A stretch of 61,470 nt of DNA, the filler included, from Globobulimina sp. (taxonomy: Eukaryota): assembly GCA_003354225.1 (NCBI GenBank). It is 21 parts of 21 records of this genome, joined end to end, with 100 filler letters (N's around TTAATTAATTAA, not from the genome) between each part and the next. Parts side by side here need not be neighbours in the genome. Positions count along the whole stretch, not along the records: positions 32,265 to 35,096 come from PIVH01004702.1; positions 35,197 to 38,028 come from PIVH01004703.1; positions 38,129 to 40,959 come from PIVH01004704.1; positions 41,060 to 43,890 come from PIVH01004705.1; positions 43,991 to 46,821 come from PIVH01004706.1; 16 more parts are not named here. One strand, written 5' to 3'. The notes below the pieces were generated by a model that worked only from the letters and a program-made list of their open reading frames with translations, ran no database searches and had not been told where the DNA came from. A program made the translations under genes and the position numbers. The stretch's first letter is position 1, and each line of letters begins with the position of its first letter. This document shows, one piece after another, positions 32,787-45,527 of this stretch.

Positions 32787-34669
32787 TTATAATCTTTTTA
32801 ATATGCCACTTTGCCGAGCATTTAAGCGTTTAGCAAATGCTGCATCAGTGGGCTGTGAGGGACATTGAACCAAACCCATATTACTGACGTTGTCGACAAA
32901 TAATGCAACATTATTATCCATCTCAAACTTATTATCCTCGTTAATAGAATGAAATGATTCTGTTGAGACAAACCGAGAAAATGAGTACTGTAACAACTGT
33001 ATTATCTCAATCGCGACCTCATCCATCACATTATACAGCGTATCATCGCTATATACCTCATCCAATGGTATCGGGATCAATCTTTTTCTGCCATTAATCA
33101 AATCTTTCTCTCTATGTTCACCATCAAATATTTTGGACACTTCAATACGAGCTGAACCGGATATATTTAATTCAAATTGACTTCCAACTTTTACATACTT
33201 GGTATACAAAGCAGCCATTTGCCAATACAAAGAATCTGAATATTTCTTAATCAGTGCAGGTGTTGGAATTTGTGTGGAAAGGCATAATTTCGTCATTATA
33301 GAGCCACTCGAATGAAATATATATGTAAAATGCCGGCCTTTCTCAGCTGAGTCTGCTCTAAAATCAACTTCTAAATCCATTGGATTTTTATTGAAGTCAA
33401 CCAAAATAATCTTTTTTTCTTTATTTTCGCTTTCAACCAAGATTTGAACACTGTAATTCATTCTTTTTTGATAGGCAATTTTACACTGAATCAATTCTGT
33501 CAAAAATAGCAGAGTTTCAGGACAAACTAAATATTTTTCAAACAACAATGGTCAGAATATTGTACTTAATTATTTTTGGTAATATAAAAACAGAAAAACA
33601 TACATTCGGATACGAGGTATGACATAAACGCAGCAAATGATGTGTATTCACTTAATATCTTATCCATTGTCATTAAATCTGAACTGACATTATTTTGCGA
33701 ATATTTGATGAGTTGTAGTTGGTTCAGCTTCTCCATTTTCATTTTCTTAATCAAATAAACCGGATACAGCGTACTCAAAATTGAACATGGAAATGCCACC
33801 AAATCCATAATAAATATGCTCACCATCGAAGACGCCCTGTTCCAGGCCGAACTGTCAGAGTTTGATGGGTTCAAATAACGCACCGAGAACACCACACTGT
33901 ACACAATGAGTGATAGGCCCATCATTGACATTGCTATGAACACTTCATCGCGAATGTGATAGATGTCATTGCCTAATAATCTCAATTTAAATAATATCAC
34001 AAAGCCAGCTGAAACAGGAATTAATATCTCCACCAAACGAACCATGTTGATTTCCCATACATCGCCATAGAAATTAGGGGTTTTATCCAGCATTGACGGC
34101 AGAATCGCATCTAAAAAAGCCATAAAAGTATAAGGAAACAATATTACTTTCATCAAATATGTCATGTCACCAAAAGTGTCTCTGTGTTTTATGAACCAGG
34201 AAGCAGCGACATCAGCATCTGCAATTTCTGAATTGATATTCTGTTTCCATGCCATATCTGCAATTGCTAAATTGTATTGTTGTCGGAAATAAACATAATA
34301 AATCAGGGCGATTTTGAGGTAGATCAAGCCATCCCAGGTGAGGGCGAATAGGAAATGTAGAGACCAGGCCGGGACCGCAGCGATATCGAAGACAGTGGCG
34401 AGTAAGAAATTGGTTCTTTCCACCATTAAACCAAAAATAACAATAATATTCATCAAAATAACTGCTAATGGCGCACGATAAGTGATTATCTCATTATCTT
34501 TGTGTTGATGGAAGGTATACAATCCATATAAAATGAGTGGAATGAATATGAAATAATTGAACACTGTGATTGAGGCTCCGAATATATCGATGGCGTCCCA
34601 TTCAATGACTGAATATTTATTGTATATATATTATATGTACTATGTTCTGAAATAAACCAAACTAGTCAT
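32787..34669 (-). CDS. Second 7TM-RGS fusion protein (intron between the two ORFs; tiny first exon inferred)
   Basis: ORF 33566-34564 has seven TM spans and DIYHIRDE. Splicing yields YLVSE|FCPETLLFLTE; LYTKYVK.GS.FELNIS; SFSRF..TESF. Confidence 0.85.
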
Positions 34670-35898
34670 GTCTTAATGTGGATCGACACCACTGTGAATC
34701 GACGTTATTACTATTCTCGGTTTTTGAAACTGGTTTTTTTTTCAAATCGTGAAAACTTTTAACTGTTTTAGCAATATCAAAATGGACGCTTGTGTGTCAG
34801 TTGACCAGAAGGAGCCTGATGATAACGACGAGAAAACTGAATATAATTTAGATACAAATAATCCAGCTGTAACATTATTAGATTTATGGGCATATATTGC
34901 AGGAGTTTATGGATTAAGCAAATCAGAAAGAGATATATTGATTCCATATTGTCTGAAATTCACACTTGATCAATTTTATGAACCAGCTTTTTGTACCACC
35001 ACCTTTTTCTATCCAATTTTTTCTGTGTTTTGTTTCTGGACCCTGAAAATCCAAAAGAGATTGCTTCACATCGCTTAAATTTGCAGTATTAAAAAANNNN
35101 NNNNNNNNNNNNNNNNNNNNNNNNNNNNNNNNNNNNNNNNTTAATTAATTAANNNNNNNNNNNNNNNNNNNNNNNNNNNNNNNNNNNNNNNNNNNNCATT
35201 GCTGACGTCGTTCAGGAGGGACGAATGTTTCTCGAAGAAGGTGCATTATGCTATATTACATATCACCAGGGGGGGTATGCAAATAGAAGGTTTGCTAAAA
35301 TATGAGTGTCCGCACTTAATCCGATTGATTAGTTTACAACCTTAATGTTGACCGATTCCAATAAAATTTGGTGGAGTGATAGAGTGAAGGAAGGGCTTTA
35401 AAACACACCATGACACAAAATTGGTCATTTCAAATTTGGCGGGAAATTTGAATTTTTCAAAAATATTTCAATATGGAAATTTTCACTTTTTTCAAACGCG
35501 TGTCGTTTCGACAGCTTGGGAGATGGAATTTCAGTGTCAATAGCAAAAACATTCTTTGGTTGAAGGGCTTTCCGATGGCGTAAACTAGAGCTTTCCATCT
35601 TCTCTGGTTGCCGAGTTACAGTGCACCAAAATTTGCACCTTAACTGCACTATTTCGAGTGCTGAAATTTCACTTTCGACCACCCTTCCCAGTAACGACAG
35701 TGCGGAATTTGGTCAAATGGGGTATCATTGGAACAACAAGGATGTCCTCTTTCGCAAGAAGTAGAAGACACCCACAACTGATCACAATTTTGTCATCTAC
35801 ACCCTTAAAATCGTGGTTCGTAATCGCCAATGTTGAAAATAGCCCTACTTTAGGAGCAAATTGCTGCCTGAAGAAGGCAATGAATAATTTTTCTGGTC

Positions 35899-36479
35899 GT
35901 ATCACGACATTCCCCGGAACCTGGGCTACCGTTTGAAAGAAGAAATTAGGCCAAACGGTAAAATTTTTATGCGGACATGGACAAAAAACTAAAAATTTCA
36001 AAAAAATCAACTTTTTATAATGGCGAAAGATTTTGATTTTTGGTGTCAGATATGTCATTTAGGCATCGAAAATACATTTTTATAGTACGATATGAACCGC
36101 CGCGATACCCTCTTTCCATAAACGTGCATATTAGCACAATTCTCTTACTGAGTCACGCCAAGCGCTCTACGAAGCACGCGCAGATTTTAGAAACTTGAAA
36201 TCGGCACCAACTTAGGAACTAATTTCGGTTTGAATAAGCCTAAAAATTATTTTTTAGTTGTATCACGACATTCCCCGGAACCAGGGCTACCGTTCGAAAA
36301 AAGAAATTAGGCAAAACGGTAAAAATTTTATGCGGACATGGACAAAAAACTAAAAATTTCAAAAAAATCAACTTTTTCGAGTGGTGAAATATTTTGATTT
36401 TCGGTGTCAGATATGTCATTTAGGCATCGAAAATACATTTTAATTGTATGTTTTATTATATGTACCGCCGCGATACCCT
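35899..36479 (+). repeat. Imperfect direct duplication of about 215 bp (35899-36110 and 36260-36479)
   Basis: GTATCACGACATTCCCCGGAACC...GCGGACATGGACAAAAAAC...CCGCCGCGATACCCT occurs twice. Confidence 0.9.
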
Positions 36480-36514
36480 ATTTTCGAAAATTGTGCATTT
36501 CAGTACAATATCAT

Positions 36515-37966
36515 GTGTTGACTGTTTTAATCAAAGTTATATTAAGTTTATCATTAAAACAAAGTGTAGTAGTGGTGAATTTATTGAGACACCAAAGTCA
36601 AACAAAAAATCCTGCCTAACATCAGATAAATGGTCATAACAAGCCATCACCAATACACAAATTAAACAATTCTACAGGTATTATTTTTGTTCAATGTATG
36701 ATGGGGTGCTGGAGGGGTCTGCTGGTAATGCACCCCTCTTGAATAATGCTGTATTCCATTTACATGGCATAGAGGGGTCGGCTGAATTCTATTTACATAC
36801 ATAAATAACGGATGGACACATTTTTGGTTAATTTTTAAATAAAAAATAGTACAAAAAATAATGTGTACGGATGAGAAAATGTAAATTTTTTATGGTGTGA
36901 AGTTCGTTTTTTATGATGTGAAGCTCCAATGTCGAGCGGTCTCGAAGAGAAAAAGAGGAACCCAGTAGGTCCCCGAGGAAAGGAGAATACTATTAGAAAG
37001 GCAATGATATTGTGTTTTATGTCAAAAAAGTGTTTGTTTTTTAAGCCAGTCATTGACATTATTACGAAAAGTGGGCAGAACAAAATATTTAATAGGATAC
37101 TATTTAGAAAAAGTGTTCAGAAATTCAACTTACAACTTTATTTGTTGAGATAACTAGATCTATTGAGATGGTTTTATGAGTAAATGATTTATTCAATTAA
37201 TTTCCAACAATAAGCTAGCATTGGAAATGATGGCACTAAACACAACGGCTGGATTGTACATAAGTTGGACACCAATTGGTACAACTTGTTTTATTGTTCG
37301 CAGGAACAAGTTGTTTGAGAATCGTTTAAAGAACTCCTGCACAGTTATGCAACAATGGCTTCACAGAAGCTTCCTTATGAAATGAGAGCCAATATTATGG
37401 AACCAACTGCAACTCAACTTTATAATGAAGCCCATACCCTATCAGATGCGGCAGAACCAATGTCGTCGGGCTGGGCCAGTGTTGTAGATGAATCAGCTAA
37501 AAAAGCTACGGTGGCAATAGCTCGGAAAGTCGACAACTTTTACAAAAATATTTAAAAATGAATTTGGTATATTTAGCTGGTGGCTTGCCCCAATGCGGTC
37601 AACTGGTCTTGGAGAAGGATGCATACTAATTTTTATAATAGTTATTTGTCTATTTACATATTTAAAATGCCATGTAAATAGAATACAGCATTACCAGCAG
37701 ACCCCTCCAGCACCCCCATCATACATTGAACAAAAATAATACCTGTAGAATTGTTTAATTTGTAGATGTATTGGTGATGGCTTGTTATGACCATCTATCT
37801 GGTTTTAGGTATAATTCTTTGTTTGACTGTGGTGTCTTAGTTATTGTAAAAAATTCCCATCTCAATAAATTGACCACTACTACATTTTCCTTTACTGAAG
37901 AAATGAACAAATTTTTGTTAAGAAATAGTAATTGATAGATAACTTTGATTGATTAAAACAGTCAGC
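36515..37966. repeat. Large imperfect inverted repeat (arms about 36515-36770 and 37666-37966)
   Basis: ACAAGCCATCACCAATAC...GGGGTGCTGGAGGGGTCTGCTGGTAATGC has its reverse complement at about 37688-37790, with further matching blocks. Confidence 0.85.
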
Positions 37967-38536
37967 AAATGATATGTTGCGGCTATTCCGAATAAAGATA
38001 AACCATTTTATCCATATAACAACAACCTNNNNNNNNNNNNNNNNNNNNNNNNNNNNNNNNNNNNNNNNNNNNTTAATTAATTAANNNNNNNNNNNNNNNN
38101 NNNNNNNNNNNNNNNNNNNNNNNNNNNNGGTTATCTCAGCAGAGGCTATAATTCGTTTTTTGGCAATCCACATTCAACAGGAAATATTGACTTAGGTTTA
38201 CGATCGCCAATATTTGACTTTTCCAATGTTAGTCAGCAGAATACGTACAATGAATATGTATACACTTTCAAGCATAAAAATAATCACAAATATATGATTC
38301 AATAATAACATTGATATCCATTGCGCAACGTTTTTTATTGCATTCCTTACAATGTCCCACTCATAAAATGTTTCAAAAACAATCCATGTATTAATGTTTG
38401 CCACGACTGATGTGATTAATATCTGTGGTCGTTTCTGATCGGGATGTTGTATCGTTTTCATTTTCGATAAATTTGAAGTGTGAACTACAAATGCAAGGAT
38501 AAATAACTTTGAAAACGAAACTAAGCCAAAAAAGTA

Positions 38537-39832
38537 ATGCAACCCTTTAGCCACAAAAACAAATCGAGTGAGACTGCTCGCGACTCACCAAATCGCTCAA
38601 ATAAATCAATTGAAGGAATTCGAACGCTTTTAATGCTTATTGTATTAATTCACCATATTGATATTTTAAATAAGAACCTATTAAAAGCAAACATATTATG
38701 GTCTCCCCATAGAACATTATTACACGCAGTCAATATCTGGAATATTCCAGAAAATGCATCACTATCAATGTTGGGTATACTTATTAATGTATTTAATGGC
38801 TATCTATCCGTCACAATATTTTTAATAATTTCTGGTTACATTCTATCATTTAAATTTTTCAAATTATATGTTATTGCTGAATCAGAGCCAGATATTAAAA
38901 TTGCAAAGTCAATATATTCAAAATGTTTTTTTAATTTAACTACACTTTGCATCAAACGTTCATTGCGATTAATTTTCTCCTTATTTGTAATGCAATGCAT
39001 AACGTGGTCAATGTATCATTTTCAAATTCTAACTGGTTCTTACTCCGCATATCGTTCATTACACACATTTTATGAGAAACATTTTAAATTTGATTTTTTA
39101 TTCTATTCCAACACAAACGGTGCTTTGTGGATAATGCCAGTTTTATTCAATGCGCCGATCATAGTGATCCCGGTATTAATTTCAGTTATTTTTATTAAAA
39201 AATTTAAATCCCGCTTTGTAATGTATTTATTTTTTGGGTTCGCTACTTTTGCTACAAACTATTTTGCGGTCCTTTTAGGTGTGATTATGGCCGATTTATT
39301 GCATTATGAAAATCATAAAAACAGCAAAATAATTTTATTTTATAAGAAATATAAATTGGTTGTAACAATGTCGTTATTTCCTTTGTTATTTACAAAAGAA
39401 TTATTTTTTAAAAACGTTTGGTTTATTATCGATTTTAATTCGTCAGATTCTTTTAGGGCAATAATATGGTTTAATATTTTTTTAATTATAATGTTATTTC
39501 CACAAAGTATTATATCCAAAATATTTTCCAATTATTATTTGAGTTTTTGTGGTAAATATACATTTTCTGTGTATATTTGTCACATACCGGTTTACCGAAT
39601 GCTTGCTGTACATTTTATTGATAAATACGATTTATTTCAAAAATTTGGTTCTTATGATATCATAATTTATCCAATCGCAATAATTATCACCGTATTAATA
39701 AGTGCTACATTTTATGCAATGATTGATAAGAACGCGAAAAAATATCTGGTTCAACCATTTGTTGTTTGGTTTCAAGCGCAATGCGAAAAGATGAACAATA
39801 TCGATGACAATGTTCAAATCAAATATATGTAA
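38537..39832 (+). CDS. Acyltransferase-3 (OafA-like) multi-pass membrane O-acyltransferase
   Basis: SIEGIR...IVLIHH, GYLSVTIFLIISGY, KRSLRL, NGALW, GKYTFSVYICH; about 10 TM spans; intronless. Confidence 0.88.
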   Translation: MQPFSHKNKSSETARDSPNRSNKSIEGIRTLLMLIVLIHHIDILNKNLLKANILWSPHRTLLHAVNIWNIPENASLSMLGILINVFNGYLSVTIFLIISGYILSFKFFKLYVIAESEPDIKIAKSIYSKCFFNLTTLCIKRSLRLIFSLFVMQCITWSMYHFQILTGSYSAYRSLHTFYEKHFKFDFLFYSNTNGALWIMPVLFNAPIIVIPVLISVIFIKKFKSRFVMYLFFGFATFATNYFAVLLGVIMADLLHYENHKNSKIILFYKKYKLVVTMSLFPLLFTKELFFKNVWFIIDFNSSDSFRAIIWFNIFLIIMLFPQSIISKIFSNYYLSFCGKYTFSVYICHIPVYRMLAVHFIDKYDLFQKFGSYDIIIYPIAIIITVLISATFYAMIDKNAKKYLVQPFVVWFQAQCEKMNNIDDNVQIKYM

Positions 39833-40127
39833 TTATACTCCACTGTTTTTTTTTCTTAGTGAAGTGGTAAAAAAAGTTGCAAAGTTTTTCTATCAAATTT
39901 TCGATGAAAAACGTTCCAAAAAAGCACCTCAAAAGCTGGATTATCGACTTTGATTTCAATTCATGTAATACACTAATTCTTATGGATGATATTTGTATAT
40001 CTTACCTGACACACGACTGCATTATGACATTATCATAGAATTAAAAAGATATAAATACTGAAAATATCGTAAATTAGAATATTAAATCATAATCGCTAAC
40101 ATTAGAATATTAAATTCCGATTCTTTA

Positions 40128-40643
40128 TTGATGGCAGCAATAGTTATAGTTATTGGTGCTTCTTATTTGGTTTGGTGGAGGAGACAGAAAAAACGGGCAG
40201 ACAACAAACGATATGGCTCAATAAAAGATAGCGACGAAGAATGGGTAAAAATAAATGTCAACCAAACAAAAAAAAGAAAGAAAATGAAAGTGAAAATAAT
40301 TAAACAAGAAATATCACATTCGAATTCGTTTAAATCTTGTAAATGGGAAGGAAAATTGAAATGGAAGACTCTTTTAAAAAGCAAGAAAACTGCATTGCTT
40401 CCATTTGAGTTATCATTCAATGAAAATGGAACAGTTCAAGGATCCATAAAAAATGTAATTAGTGGTTATTTTAGTCACAAAAATTTAAAGATTGCAATGA
40501 CTCAACATGTACATAAAAATGTTATTAAATCACGATTAATTTGGAACGAAAAAAAAGAGAGATTTGAAGGCAAAGCCTGGAGAATGGCTGGTGATGGAAA
40601 AATTAAATCCGAAGGAATTATTAAATTGAAACAAGTCAGTTAA
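40128..40643 (+). CDS. Small N-terminally anchored Lys-rich protein of unknown function
   Basis: 171-aa ORF with a hydrophobic N-terminus followed by WWRRQKK and a predicted beta-rich domain. Confidence 0.5.
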   Translation: MMAAIVIVIGASYLVWWRRQKKRADNKRYGSIKDSDEEWVKINVNQTKKRKKMKVKIIKQEISHSNSFKSCKWEGKLKWKTLLKSKKTALLPFELSFNENGTVQGSIKNVISGYFSHKNLKIAMTQHVHKNVIKSRLIWNEKKERFEGKAWRMAGDGKIKSEGIIKLKQVS

Positions 40644-41059
40644 TTGTCAAGAAGTTGTAAGGAAATAACCTTTTACCTAAAAACCTAGCTAAATCCTCTT
40701 GATTTATTGTATACCTCATTTAAAAAATACTATAGTTAAAAACATTAAATTAACTTAAATCATAGTTCTAACCAAAAACCAGGCTCTACTCTACCTACAA
40801 CAATGTAATTATAAAAGAGAATTATGTATTCAACGTTGATTATTATGTTTCTGAGAAACGGTTTGCAGAATAATATGCTGCCGTACGTTTTTGAAATTAA
40901 TCAAGTTTTTGTGCTTTACATAAAACCTTTGTTACATGCATAAAATCATATTTTCTTTTNNNNNNNNNNNNNNNNNNNNNNNNNNNNNNNNNNNNNNNNN
41001 NNNTTAATTAATTAANNNNNNNNNNNNNNNNNNNNNNNNNNNNNNNNNNNNNNNNNNNN

Positions 41060-41408
41060 ATATATGGTAAGGTATATGCAACATCACGATGAAGTGTCGG
41101 AACATGGTTCAAAAATGTTTGATGATGAGACATTTACATTTTTGGATGGTGCGCTACAAACAGTCGATCGAAAGTATGGCTCATTTATTGATAAAATGCA
41201 TCATAACATTACTGATGGTCATGTAATACATCATATTTATTTCACAAAAATACCACATTATCATTTAATGGATGCTACAAACGCAGTCAAACCTTATTTA
41301 ATGAAACAAAATAAATATAAATTTGTTGACTTAACCAATTATTATTTATATCCTTATTTTGTAAGTATGGCAAAAAAAACACATTTTGTTGGAACATGGA
41401 CAAAGTAA
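41060..41408 (+). CDS. Omega-3/delta-12 fatty acid desaturase, C-terminal fragment
   Basis: YMQHH, GALQTVDRKYG, HHNITDGHVIHH, IPHYHL.DAT. Confidence 0.9.
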
Positions 41409-41834
41409 ACCAGCTGTTTGTTTATTTGATGCCATATGTTTGTATTTAATAATATTAAAATATTTTAATTATTGTTTTGTTTTGATGACATCGTCCTTTG
41501 GGGATTTAAATGTAGCACATATGCATGCTATCTTTTTATAACATGTTTTTCATGATTTCCAATTGGTTTTTAGTTCTTAGTTTTTTTGATATTTCTCATA
41601 ATTGAGATCGAAATAGCAAAATTGATTGATTGCACTATCGAAATAGCACAAAATTGAGATCGAAATAGTATATTATATAAAATATATATATGCACCAACA
41701 AATCAAAATCCACTGGATTATGCTAGATACAGCACTGTAGACAGTTTTGGGTATTTAATAGCAAAAGTTGTTTTTTAGTAAAGTTGTTGCATCATATACA
41801 ACATACAGGTCACTACAAATTCGAAAGGGGAAAA

Positions 41835-42665
41835 ATGAAACGAAAACTAACGAACGGAATGTCAGAAAATAAGACAAAAAGGCAAAAACGTAATGGCAAT
41901 GATTACAGCAAATCACAAGTGGTATGCGGTATTAATGTACACAAAATGAAATTACGTTATGCGTCAAATTTAGATCCATTGCAATATGATAAATGTCCAA
42001 AATGTCTAACATTGAATACTTATGAATCAATGCATTTTATTTACGAATGCCTTCGCTGTGCATATTTTGTTTGTAATTTTTGTATGGCGGATGTTATCAA
42101 TAATAAGCAAAGCAAAGCAATAAACATATCTCATACAAACAATAAAAAACAATCAAAGAAATTCTCTAAGAATACAAAAATTGATAAGTCAACTGGTGTG
42201 TTGTTTGTTTGTCCGATACAAAAAAAAAACATCACAAATATTTTATAATTATATAAAGACATAAATGAAAAACCGCGTGTTTGTATAGGATCGCAATTAT
42301 TGATACCTGACGGAGCTTTGGATTACAATGGGAATGAATTAATGTCACATCAATTACACACTGTTAAATGGGTTGATCAGAGTGGTACAAACATACTAAC
42401 TGACTACGGTGACATTGATTTATTAAATACTCGTTATTATATTGTTGATGATAATGCTAAAGAATGCAGTGTGGGACAATTGGTGTGCAGTCGCTGGCCA
42501 TTTAATAAAAGTTCATGGGCACAATTTTATGTTGGCCGTCTTCTCAATAAGATGGTTGTAAAAGGTCTGGGAAATACCAAGATCAAATATCAAGTTAGAT
42601 TTCAAGATTCAGATGATTTTGTATCCAAAATAACACCCATTGTTTTTTGTGAACTTTCTAAGTGA
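41835..42665 (+). CDS. Hypothetical protein with a CxxC-repeat zinc finger and a Tudor-like C-terminus (intron-split)
   Basis: CPKC...CLRC...CNFC in ORF 41784-42248; VGQLVCSRW...FYVGRL...YQVRFQD in ORF 42300-42665. Confidence 0.45.
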
Positions 42666-42985
42666 AAATCCATTTTTTATTGTATTCTTTTTAACGAACT
42701 GTTCTCTTTCTTGTAAAAACGAATTAGAAAGAAACTCAAAAATGTTATTGTTAATTGGAAATCCGCAAACAGTAAAGGTTCATTAATACACCCATTCAGA
42801 AAATCTGACATTTAATATATCCGGCCATTCAGATGATAACAAGTACGTTCTGGGCGTCTTATCCCTTGCAATTGGTTATAATCAGTTTGTTTGTTGGAAA
42901 TACACACAACAGCGTTTTCGAAAAGAAACAACAAACCTATCAACAGAAAAACAAAAAACTGTTAAGCAAAGCTGATCGATCGAGT

Positions 42986-43776
42986 ATGAGTATAATCATT
43001 GCAATCACAGCGCTTCTCGTTATCACCGCAACACAAGCACAGAGTTGTAGTGGCAATGGATGGTCAGTAAATTATAACGGTAACGAATGTAGTTTATCTG
43101 GTGGTGAGTATACGATTTCGTGTCCTGATAAAAATAATTTACAATCCTGTGGTTCAAGATTAGACAATTCGGCACGAATTGGTGCAGGTCATTATACTGC
43201 ACAAATAAAAGCAGCCCCCGGTGATGGCACGGATACTGATTGGTATTTATTTACCTACGGACAAAATAATGATAAAAATAAACCCTGGAATGAAATTGAT
43301 ATTGAAATATTAGGAAATCAAATAAACGGAGGCACCACCAAATTATGGACAAATGTATGGTCTGGACAAGGTATCTAAAATGTGTATTAATTATATACAT
43401 ATGCATATATATTATATTTCTGATATATGATAATTGAGGTACTCAACATGGCGAATATGTGACATTAAATTTTGATGCATCTGCTGCTTATCATACATAT
43501 GAAATTCAAGTCGAACCATCACCGAATGCGACAATTTATTGGATAATTGATGGTCAGGTCAAACGTTATTTTTATTATGGTGGTTATAGTGATATTGTAT
43601 CGACTGTAAATAATAAGAATTTTCAAATGGAATTATCTTTATGGGGTGGCGATGGATCTTGGAGCGGCATGGGGGCGTTATCCGGAAATACAAATAAATT
43701 TCCAATCCATGCCTATTGGAAGAATCTTCAAGTGAGACCAAGCGATTTTGATCGTTATAACAACACTAGACAATAA
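42986..43776 (+). CDS. Secreted GH16 beta-glucanase (lichenase-like); intron 43371-43438
   Basis: Signal peptide, catalytic WNEIDIEILG, FDASAAYHTY, W.IDG, SLW. Confidence 0.9.
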
Positions 43777-43990
43777 TTGTAAATTTTACGTACATATATA
43801 AAATGCCTTGTGAATAATTAATAAACAAAAATCTTCAACAAAAATCTTCAACAAAAAGTTCTATTTAGTCTACAATTACAAATAAGATTTNNNNNNNNNN
43901 NNNNNNNNNNNNNNNNNNNNNNNNNNNNNNNNNNTTAATTAATTAANNNNNNNNNNNNNNNNNNNNNNNNNNNNNNNNNNNNNNNNNNNN

Positions 43991-44712
43991 AATTTAAGGA
44001 AGAGAATGAGAGAATATTTATCCACGGCCAATATCCAATGGCTATCACATCCATTCGATTAACAGAAACATGGACAAATTTTAGTAAATTCTTTGTTGCT
44101 TTATCTAAATTTGATGCTGCTCTGAATGGAGGTAATGGTGATGCAGTAAAAGGATTTAATGGCAAAGATGCAGAGATAATAAGTTTTTTATTTGAAGAGA
44201 ATAAATCAATCCCATCATATATTGAGGATACATTTAAAATGTTTAGATTTAGTAAGAAAACATTAAATATAAATTTGGAGTCACTTACTTATTATCCCTC
44301 AGTTTTACAAGATTTGATTGTGGAGTCATCATATTCTGTGGGTGATAGAGATAATATGTCATATAAAGAGATTATTGGTGGCAGGAATTTATTGAAGAGT
44401 AATTTGATAAATTTATTTCCAAATTTGAATCGTATTGTTATTCAATGTTCAGATTGGAGGGGATATTTTTCATATCAATTTTCATTATGTGGTTTATTGG
44501 ATATTTTAAGTGAAACAAATAAAATCAAGTGTTCATTATATGGGATTTGGAAGGACGCGGATGAAGAAAAAGGTGGAGATAGACGAAGTTGGTTATTTTA
44601 TGTATATTCATCATCATTAAATATTAAATATCCAAAAATAAAAATATCAGTACAACAAACAAGTACTGCTTATGGATATAGACAAGATTTCTTACTTTTT
44701 GAATGTATGTGA
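43991..44712 (+). CDS. Hypothetical protein, C-terminal fragment
   Basis: Open frame from the contig edge for about 240 codons; no family recognised. Confidence 0.5.
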
Positions 44713-44831
44713 TTGTTTGTTTGTTTTTAATTTTTGTTGTTGTTTGTTTGTAAGTATTATTGTTATAAACTGATTGACTGAGAAAGATATAAAATGTACA
44801 ACTGAAGCAATAACAATTACATATTTTACAG

Positions 44832-45218
44832 TCATTTCGAGTGGACCCAAGCATGCGCGATGTGGTCCAGTATGCGGACGCCATCATTGAATGAATTGTC
44901 CAATTGCTTGCAAACATATTTGCGAATCTCGTCGTAGTTTTCTGTCGCGGTGCAATTATTTATTTGGTTCCGCATATAAACGATATCGGCAATGGCCAAC
45001 AATTCGGGCATTTGCGACGGCAGCATCAAAATGAACAAATTAATCAACAGTCTCTGTTTCCGTTTGATCGCATCCATCGCCGTCGTGCACAAAGCAACAA
45101 ATTTCTGGTAATTGGCATTCTGCTCATCAAAAAATGATGGATTGGGGATCTTTTGTATACCAAACATTTGGATGGTCCTCCACTGCTTATAATGTCTATA
45201 CAAATGCTGCTTTGGCAA
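44832..45218 (-). CDS. Phosphoinositide 3-kinase-like C-terminal lobe fragment
   Basis: FVALC..A...I.RK..LLINLF.LML...MPEL....DI.YMR...IAH matches the PI3K C-terminus. No DRH/DFG motifs seen upstream, so it may be a remnant. Confidence 0.6.
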   Translation of the reverse strand: MPKQHLYRHYKQWRTIQMFGIQKIPNPSFFDEQNANYQKFVALCTTAMDAIKRKQRLLINLFILMLPSQMPELLAIADIVYMRNQINNCTATENYDEIRKYVCKQLDNSFNDGVRILDHIAHAWVHSK

Positions 45219-45527
45219 AAACGTTATTGTCTTGTTTAGTATCCGCTGCGTGGGTTATTGGAGTCTTATAAAACAAATGTAATGTTTTATTTTTTTTTAA
45301 TATTCTATGTATTGCGTACTGCGTAGTTTTTATTAAGTAAAAAAAAGTAATAAATAAATTGAGTATATCGAATTGTTGATTGTTTATTTATCGTTGTTTG
45401 GGTTTCTGGTTTTTTTGTTTTTTTTAATTGTTTGAAAATGATTCAAGAAAATGAGCTTCTTATCATTTTCGTTTTGTTGATACAGGCACTCGTTCACCAT
45501 ACGATATTATCATAAATCAAGAGATAT

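Noticed and set aside
37355-37555. 66-aa ORF inside the large inverted repeat as a possible transposase
   Set aside because: Too short and no catalytic motif recognisable.
43371-43438. GH16 intron with a GAG acceptor as a sign of non-canonical splicing
   Set aside because: Still GT-AG; a single weak acceptor is not evidence of a distinct mechanism.
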